This document shows positions 57,350 through 63,725 of a stretch of 63,725 nucleotides of DNA, in pieces (the stretch's first letter is position 1; every line of letters begins with the position of its first letter). Source of the DNA: Synechococcus sp. (GTDB lineage: Bacteria; Cyanobacteriota; Cyanobacteriia; Thermostichales; PCC-7336); contig JBFRWD010000006.1 of the NCBI GenBank assembly GCA_051439425.1, positions 1 to 63,725 on the forward strand, given 5' to 3'. The notes beneath the pieces were generated by a model. The model did no database searches. It saw nothing but the letters and a program-made list of their open reading frames with translations, and was not told the DNA's origin. The translations under genes were made by a program, and so were the position numbers.

Positions 57350-58560
57350 TATTCGTACTCCTCGCGGATTCGGCTAGCAATAGAGCGGCTGACCACGTTC
57401 ATGGTTAAGGTCATGACAAATAGAACAAGACCAACAGCAAATAACGTTTCGTATTCAATACTGCCGTAGGGGGCGTCCCCCAAACTGACTTGCGCAATAT
57501 ATGCAGTCATGGTGGCAATGGATTGGAAAGGGTTAGCAACAATGCCTAAGGTCTCGGCAAACCCTTCACCGTTGTAGAGAATGGGACGCTGACCCGCCGC
57601 AATGGTCACAATCATGGTCTCACCAACAGCGCGGGAAATGCCCAAGATAACCGAGGCAGCGATTCCTGAAATAGCCGCTGGAACCACAACTTTAGTGGCC
57701 ACCTCCATTTTGGTTGCCCCCAAACCGTAGGCACCATTATGAAGAGCTCTGGGCACAGACGTGATGGCGTCGAGGCTAATAGAGCCAACTGTTGGCAAAA
57801 TCATCAGCCCCATCATGATTCCTGCACTGGCGGCATTAAAAATAGACGTGTCAGGCACGATCCCCTTAATAATCGGAGTGACGTAGATTAGAGCGAAGAA
57901 ACCGTATACAACAGTGGGCACCCCAGCCAACAACTCCACCATCGGCCTCAAAAATGCAGACACTCGTTTCGGAGCATATAGCCCCAAGTAGATAGCGGTC
58001 ATTAGCCCCAGCGGAGTGGCAACCAACATCGCAACCACCGTTACGAGTAGCGTGCCGTTGATCAGAGGCCAAATACCAAAGCGCTTGCTGGCAAATAACG
58101 GAGTCCAGCGGTTGTCTAAGAAAAATCGCGAGAACGCTGTTGTCACTGTGGTACGAAAGCGTTCACCATCTGTCGCTACGTCCAGATTCTGCTTCAAAGC
58201 AATATTGAACTGTTCGGGGGTAAGGTTGGGAATCGCCTCTGCAATCTTTTCAATTGTGCGATCGCGCGTGTCAACAGCAATGCGAAGGACATCACTTAAA
58301 TCCGAACCGCTTAAACCGGCAGAACTAGCCAACTCGCGAGTGGTTTTCTGCAAGTAGCCAATGTCAGTAAACAGAGGATCGGTAAAAAACTGGACAGACG
58401 TCTCGAGCAAAACAAAGACGATGCCAAGAGTAACGACGACACAGAAAGCAGCACACAGCATCATGGCTGTGGCAATTAATCGTCCGCGAAGGTCTCGGCT
58501 GGCGTCTCGGCTGAGGGCCTGACGCAGCGAAAGACCTGTCTTGCTATCGGTGGTTGACAT
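57349..58560 (-). CDS. pstC: Phosphate ABC transporter permease C
   Basis: [30 protein letters not shown]; start placed at ATG 58560. Confidence 0.93.
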   Translation of the reverse strand: MSTTDSKTGLSLRQALSRDASRDLRGRLIATAMMLCAAFCVVVTLGIVFVLLETSVQFFTDPLFTDIGYLQKTTRELASSAGLSGSDLSDVLRIAVDTRDRTIEKIAEAIPNLTPEQFNIALKQNLDVATDGERFRTTVTTAFSRFFLDNRWTPLFASKRFGIWPLINGTLLVTVVAMLVATPLGLMTAIYLGLYAPKRVSAFLRPMVELLAGVPTVVYGFFALIYVTPIIKGIVPDTSIFNAASAGIMMGLMILPTVGSISLDAITSVPRALHNGAYGLGATKMEVATKVVVPAAISGIAASVILGISRAVGETMIVTIAAGQRPILYNGEGFAETLGIVANPFQSIATMTAYIAQVSLGDAPYGSIEYETLFAVGLVLFVMTLTMNVVSRSIASRIREEYE

Positions 58561-58698
58561 AGTTGAGGGAGCGTATATATGGTCAGCGACGCCGTAGATA
58601 CACCTGCGTAGTTTTACCCAGAAAGTCAACCCACGCGGTGACGATCGCTGCAATCGCAAAACAATCACTGATAACTTAGCGCGGTAGGGTGCGAGTGA

Positions 58699-58717
58699 TG
58701 GTTAACGACAGGGTAAG
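58699..58717 (-). promoter_or_regulatory. Putative Pho box (SphR site)
   Basis: Minus strand CTTACCCT-gtc-GTTAACCA, 8-3-8 spacing like PyTTAAPyPy(T/A) repeats, ~140 bp upstream of pstC. Confidence 0.6.
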
Positions 58718-58884
58718 GCACAACGTAAATTCGGTAATTGTATGTTGTGAATCTGTCTAAAAATTGTCCAACTGTGGGTAAACAGTACTCCGTAGGTATC
58801 GTTCGAACATTAGTTCCAGATACGCTACAGCATTCGAACTGCAGCGGTAGCCGATCGTGACTCTATGCCCTTCAATCTGAACCA

Positions 58885-60711
58885 TCAGTCGTCAGCTTTC
58901 AAGCTAGGAAACCCCTTCAGCCATCCTGTGCACCGGAGCCGCTGTTCTTCCGTCGGGTGCGAAACCGGAATAATTGCATACGCACTCGGAATCGGCTCGG
59001 CAAGCTTAGCCTCAAGCGTCTTGAGTTCTTCCCTCTGGAACACAGTAACGGATAGAGTCTGGCCAATTTTGTAGCTTTTGAGACGTTCTTCCCAGGAGCT
59101 AGCGGAAACTTTATATCCGCCCATTGCAACGAGTTCATCGCCTGCCCAAATCCCCGCTTGCTGTGCAGGTGAACCCATCGCAACCGACTTAATTTTGGTC
59201 GTGCCATTCTCAGCAGCCGTCTTGATACCCAAATACGGAGCGCTATCGGCAGGAGTAGAGACATCTAACTTGAGACCGAACGGCTCTAGGAAGCGATCGT
59301 AGTCCAGCTCTACTGTGCCTTTGATATAGTCGGCAAAGAATCCGCTGAGTGAAGTGGTAGCCGCCGCTTCAAACGCCTCTTTGAGATCGGCGTCAGTATA
59401 TCCCTGCTCGGAGGTACCAAAGCGCTGCCATAAGTCTTGCATCACAGTATCGAGAGAATTCTGCCCTCCTGATTGAACTCGGAGGTGCAAGTCTAGCAGG
59501 GCCGAAATCAGTTCCCCTTTTAGATAGTAAGAAATCTGACTATTCGAAGTGTTTTCGGTCGGTCGGTAGAGCTTAATCCAGGTGTCAAAACTGGACTCGA
59601 CCAGACTTTGGACATGGCGACCGGGAAGTTTTTGCAGACTCCCTATTCGATTACCCAATAGCTTCAGATAGGTCTCTACAGAAATCAATCCAGCTCGGCG
59701 CAGAATCAGGGTGTCGTAATAGCTGGTGGTCCCTTCACAGAACCACAGGCTACGGAAGTAGTTTTCTTGGGTGTAGTCAAACGTCTCGATCGCTTTGGGA
59801 CGCAATCGCTTAACGTTCCAGAGATGGAAGAATTCGTGGGCAACGAGAGAAAGAAAGCGATCGTACCGTTCTCGATCCTGAAAACCAAAGCGGGGGTACA
59901 GCAAAGAGGTGCTGTTTTTGTGCTCCAATCCGCCACCACCGCTGCCAGTTAAGTGCAGCAAAAACAGATAGCTGTTGTAGGGGAGTCCGCCAAACAGTTC
60001 GGCCTCCGTTTCCACAATGGTTTGGGTGGCTTTAACGATCGCCTGCAAATCCTCGTTCCCTTCTCCCCACACTACAAATCGGTGGGGCTTGCCCAACACT
60101 TCAAACGATTCACAGCGATGCAATCCCACTTCTACGGGGCTATCCACCAGCTCATCAAAATCGTGAACCAGAAATGTCTGGGGTTGTCCGGGCTTAACCT
60201 CAGCACCATCAGGGGTAAGCGATGTGGCAATCTGCCAACTGGGGTCGGGAGGGCATACGGTCAGGGAGATCGTCTCCTGCTGACGCCCTTCGCAAAATAA
60301 AAAGGTGGCCGCTCCGTTGAAGTAGCCGTGGGTGGTGTCCAGATGGTTGGTACGAACGGTTAGATCGTTAGCGTAAATGCGGTAGTGAATGCGCAGGTGC
60401 TGGCTGTCAGTGGGGGCCAGTTGCCAGGTATTTTTGTCGAGATGAGTAAAGGAAACGGGGCGATCGCTGGCATCGAATACGCCAAAATCTTGGAGGTGGC
60501 GCGAGTATTCCCGCAGCAGATACGATCCTGGAGTCCAAGCTGGAAACCGCAGAGTGAGAGGCTCTACAGCAGAAATATCCGTCAAGCGCAGCTCCACCTC
60601 AAGCAAGTGGTTAGCAGGCTCGGGCATTCTCACCCAGTACTGCTGTCGAATGGCGTCCAGATTGCTCGGCACAGAAGATGACTCAGGACGTGCTTGCGGG
60701 GTGACAGACAT
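58885..60711 (-). CDS. M61 family metallopeptidase with PDZ domain
   Basis: PAWTPGSY, GGLEH, AHEFFHLWN, EGTTSYY, YYLKG; C-terminal PDZ-like GSPAQQAGI. Confidence 0.94.
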   Translation of the reverse strand: MSVTPQARPESSSVPSNLDAIRQQYWVRMPEPANHLLEVELRLTDISAVEPLTLRFPAWTPGSYLLREYSRHLQDFGVFDASDRPVSFTHLDKNTWQLAPTDSQHLRIHYRIYANDLTVRTNHLDTTHGYFNGAATFLFCEGRQQETISLTVCPPDPSWQIATSLTPDGAEVKPGQPQTFLVHDFDELVDSPVEVGLHRCESFEVLGKPHRFVVWGEGNEDLQAIVKATQTIVETEAELFGGLPYNSYLFLLHLTGSGGGGLEHKNSTSLLYPRFGFQDRERYDRFLSLVAHEFFHLWNVKRLRPKAIETFDYTQENYFRSLWFCEGTTSYYDTLILRRAGLISVETYLKLLGNRIGSLQKLPGRHVQSLVESSFDTWIKLYRPTENTSNSQISYYLKGELISALLDLHLRVQSGGQNSLDTVMQDLWQRFGTSEQGYTDADLKEAFEAAATTSLSGFFADYIKGTVELDYDRFLEPFGLKLDVSTPADSAPYLGIKTAAENGTTKIKSVAMGSPAQQAGIWAGDELVAMGGYKVSASSWEERLKSYKIGQTLSVTVFQREELKTLEAKLAEPIPSAYAIIPVSHPTEEQRLRCTGWLKGFPSLKADD

Positions 60712-60881
60712 AGTAAGAATGAGTGACGCGTAAACGGGAGAAGTTGGTATTTACCCTAGCAGCAACTCTGAAGTGAGGGACTCAACACTCGAGCGGGCAG
60801 GTGAAACATCTCAGTCATTCGAATGCATTCCCAATCGCAACCCCGAAAATTCCAGGTGCAAGCCCAAACAATCCCAAACCT

Positions 60882-62132
60882 CTAATCTAATGACGCGCTG
60901 TTGGCGATCGCAGTCCCGGCAATCCAACTGGTCGTCCAGGCACTTTGAAAATTGAAGCCACCGGTAACTCCGTCAATATCCAACACTTCACCCGCGAAAT
61001 AGAGCCCCGGACAGCAGCGACTTTCCATTGTCTTGAAGTTCACCTGCTTTAAATCCACTCCCCCACAAGTGACAAATTCATCCTTAAACTGCCCTTTTGC
61101 CACCACCTGAAACTGTCCGCGAACCAGCTCTTGCACGAGTCGATTCAGAGCTTTCTTCGATAAATCCGCCCACCGCTGTGTTGGTAGAATCTCTGCCGCC
61201 GTCACCAGAGATTGCCATAGCCGTTTGGGTAGCTGGAATTCGGGATGGGCGGCGATCGCTCGCTTGGCCGATGTTTCTCTTAAGGCAATTAGAGTTTGCC
61301 GAACAGCATCTTCTTTGAACTGTGGAATCCAATTTACCGTCAACAGTGCCGAGTAGCGGCTACCATGCAGCGATCGGGCTCCCCAAGCAGACAGCTTGAG
61401 CACAGCAGGGCCACTTAATCCCCAGTGGGTCAACAACAGCGGGCCGGTTTGTTCCAACTTGACCGTGTCTGGCGTCGTTAGTTTCAGCGAGACCTCGGGA
61501 ACCGAGACTCCTGCCAACCCTTGCAAGCGAGAATCGCGGATCGTGAAAGTGAAAAGCGAAGGGACGGGAGCCACGATGGTATGACCCAGTTGCTTAGCAA
61601 TGCGGTGACCTTGAGGACTACTGCCGCTGGCCAGTAAGAGGCGATCGCACGATACAGTCTCGCCGCCTTTCAGCTTCAGAGTGAACCCCGATTGATTGTG
61701 GCGTTCGGCCCCTACAACCGATACCCCTGTTCTGACACGTACACCCCGCTGGCGAGCTGTTTTCGTCAGGCACTCAACAATAGTTTCCGAATCATCCGTG
61801 ACGGGAAACATCCGCCCATCCGCCTCGGTCTTGAGCTTCACCCCTCTCTGCCGATACCAATCCACCGTGTTGCGGGGTTGAAATCGAGTCAGCGGTCCTC
61901 GTAAGGCTTTGCTGCCACGAGGATAATTCTTGATGAGCTGGGATGGCTCGAAACAGGCATGGGTAACGTTGCAGCGACCCCCTCCAGAAATGCGTACCTT
62001 AGAGAGGACCTGCCGACCGGCCTCAAAAATTGTCACGTCAGTGTCTGGAGACGCCGCCGCGATCGCCCCAAAAAAACCGGCCGCCCCACCACCGATGACC
62101 GCAAGTTGCATCGGTGCCATCAAGCCACCCAC
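60882..62132 (-). CDS. HI0933/BaiN family flavoprotein
   Basis: GGGAAG, KVRISGGGRCNVT, THWGLSGP, VTCGGV, DGVTGGFNFQ. Confidence 0.93.
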   Translation of the reverse strand: MGGLMAPMQLAVIGGGAAGFFGAIAAASPDTDVTIFEAGRQVLSKVRISGGGRCNVTHACFEPSQLIKNYPRGSKALRGPLTRFQPRNTVDWYRQRGVKLKTEADGRMFPVTDDSETIVECLTKTARQRGVRVRTGVSVVGAERHNQSGFTLKLKGGETVSCDRLLLASGSSPQGHRIAKQLGHTIVAPVPSLFTFTIRDSRLQGLAGVSVPEVSLKLTTPDTVKLEQTGPLLLTHWGLSGPAVLKLSAWGARSLHGSRYSALLTVNWIPQFKEDAVRQTLIALRETSAKRAIAAHPEFQLPKRLWQSLVTAAEILPTQRWADLSKKALNRLVQELVRGQFQVVAKGQFKDEFVTCGGVDLKQVNFKTMESRCCPGLYFAGEVLDIDGVTGGFNFQSAWTTSWIAGTAIANSASLD

Positions 62133-62195
62133 CGGCCGGTAAAGAGAGCTAAATCAAATAGAAGTAAATCGGTAGCAACCAAATCTGAAAAATAT

Positions 62196-62423
62196 TTAGG
62201 AACGGTTGTCCACAAACTTGAGAAATGCATACGCTTCTGCTGACGGTAAACGCATCGATTTCCCCTGATAGTCAATGATGTAGTCCCCCTGTACTTCCCC
62301 ACAGGCCGTACATGTGACAACGTCAGAACTGAGCGTTTCTACGCTGAGCCGCTGAATTTCCTGTTCTAGCCAGGACTTGAGATCGCTTCGTATAGAAGGT
62401 GAAAGATCGCTGACATCTGCCAT
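62196..62423 (-). CDS. Small hypothetical protein
   Basis: 75-aa ORF co-oriented with its neighbours; contains CTAC. Confidence 0.6.
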   Translation of the reverse strand: MADVSDLSPSIRSDLKSWLEQEIQRLSVETLSSDVVTCTACGEVQGDYIIDYQGKSMRLPSAEAYAFLKFVDNRS

Positions 62424-62569
62424 TTCAAAGGCCCCCAACAACAGCTCTGCCGCGAGTAGCTCAGGAAGTCCTTCACGTCACGCAGCAAAACTAGTGTGCC
62501 CGAGGAATTCGAAGAATGGGTGCGTACGGTCAATTTGACCGCAAGCGAAAGCGGATGTTCCTAAAACGC

Positions 62570-62989
62570 CTACACCCACTGCTGGGCGTACAGTCGCTGC
62601 ACGATGTAGAACACCAATAAGTCTGCAGATACTTTGCGCTCGTCGATCATGAATGACTCGATCGTGCTGACAGGGGCCCCACTTGTCGTGCAGGTAAACC
62701 CTTTTGAGGCATTTAGATCGGTATCGCTAAAGATCACGTTGAACTGGCGCTGACCGCCCTTGAACTTGCCCTCTAGAGTGTTGTTGTTAAACGTCAGTTC
62801 GAGGTCTTCAACACCGCGAGACTTCAGGGCCGAAATGGTGTTAGGGATGATATCTTCAGAAATTGCCTGAGCAAATGGCTTTTCAGGCACCTTAGCTTTT
62901 TTTGGGGGGCGACCACCTGCGGGCTTTTTTCCTGCAGCTGCTTTTGCCGCTGGCTTTGCATCTACTTTTGATTGCTGTTCCTCAGCCAT
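62570..62989 (-). CDS. ndhV: DUF2996 family protein, NDH-1 subunit NdhV
   Basis: Lys/Ala-rich N-terminus, EKPF, IESFMIDERK and QRLYAQQW. Confidence 0.82.
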   Translation of the reverse strand: MAEEQQSKVDAKPAAKAAAGKKPAGGRPPKKAKVPEKPFAQAISEDIIPNTISALKSRGVEDLELTFNNNTLEGKFKGGQRQFNVIFSDTDLNASKGFTCTTSGAPVSTIESFMIDERKVSADLLVFYIVQRLYAQQWV

Positions 62990-63083
62990 GCTCTAACGCT
63001 CCTCTCCTAAAACCTGTCTTCCAGGACAGGGAAGTTAATTAACAATTCAATGAAAACGATCGAATTACTTTAAGACCCAGACA

Positions 63084-63449
63084 TTAGTGGTCTGGGGGAA
63101 TGTACTCGTCGGTCACTGCCTCAACAGGAACCTGTGGGAATCCCATACTGTAATTGATAGCGCGACCATCCAGGTTATAGCTGATGTCTCCCTGTTGGAG
63201 CAGTGCGCGAATAAAGTGTTCGAGATCGGAGCCAATCCGTCGCAAGTTGTAATCCGTCAAATCGCGTCCTTTATAGGCTGCTACCAACTCGTCAAACTTG
63301 CGATAGACCTGTTGCAGCGATGGCTCGGTCCAGTTGAGTTCGTTATCTGGGTCTACATCCAAAGTGAGTCGTTCTTCGCTGGGAATCAGAACGTTGTCTT
63401 TAACCTCGCCAGCAAAAATGTGGACGTGGCGGGTGGTGCATTTGAGCAT
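63084..63449 (-). CDS. ndhM: NAD(P)H-quinone oxidoreductase subunit M
   Basis: MLKCTTRHVHIF, LDVDPDNE, YNLRRIGSDLEHFIR, NYSMG. Confidence 0.96.
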   Translation of the reverse strand: MLKCTTRHVHIFAGEVKDNVLIPSEERLTLDVDPDNELNWTEPSLQQVYRKFDELVAAYKGRDLTDYNLRRIGSDLEHFIRALLQQGDISYNLDGRAINYSMGFPQVPVEAVTDEYIPPDH

Positions 63450-63725
63450 GACAGCCGAATCAGTAGTGCAATAGACGCCAAATTATCTTACCACCGGGTT
63501 TTCGGGCCGATGAGCATGGTTTTTCTCGAAAACACTCCTACTGCGAGTAACTGGATCTTTAGCAGTTGCAACCGATCCATAAGAGTCGCTTCTTTCCAGC
63601 GACAGGTAACCATTTCGATACAAAAGAGCCCAAATTATCATATTGCAACGCCCAATACAGGCAATTTTTGGCAAAATAGGAGTGGTTCTTGTGCACAGTC
63701 AAATGTGAACATATGGAGTGCATAT

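Larger units (their letters stand above)
1..63725. repeat. HIP1 octamer GCGATCGC dispersed across the window
   Basis: Many copies, e.g. 3210-3217, 5502-5509, overlapping pair 8895-8908; a cyanobacterial genome hallmark. Confidence 0.95.

Noticed and set aside
58795..58860. tRNA-like TTCGAA motifs
   Set aside because: No cloverleaf or acceptor stem could be formed; I found no tRNA, rRNA, tmRNA, RNase P or SRP signature in the window.

Overview
Cyanobacterial chromosomal window: abundant HIP1 GCGATCGC, ndhL/ndhM/ndhV, smtA/smtB, cruP and several cyanobacteria-type DUFs. It is mostly housekeeping genes (glmS, rne, mutL, rsmH, ybeY, birA, pstCAB, folA, folB, rpsU) mixed with scattered accessory genes. 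I found no rRNA, tRNA, CRISPR array, transposase or integrase. The ORF track missed rpsU and a SWIM-finger RecD/Dda-like helicase that runs off the left edge. Most noteworthy: (1) a 104-105 bp bulged-hairpin dispersed element in four copies, three of them beside DNA helicase/repair genes; (2) a 1045-aa membrane protein with 11 acidic-Thr-hydrophobic repeats between two copies of an unnamed domain, a candidate multisite phospho-Thr scaffold; (3) a stem-enclosed pseudoknot candidate between rne and an ABC solute-binding gene; (4) a ~1.07 kb structured rne leader; (5) a UvrD-like gene that appears to need a non-canonical start codon; (6) a gene interrupted by one in-frame TGA. All calls come from reading the sequence by eye and from recalled family motifs; no database searches were run.
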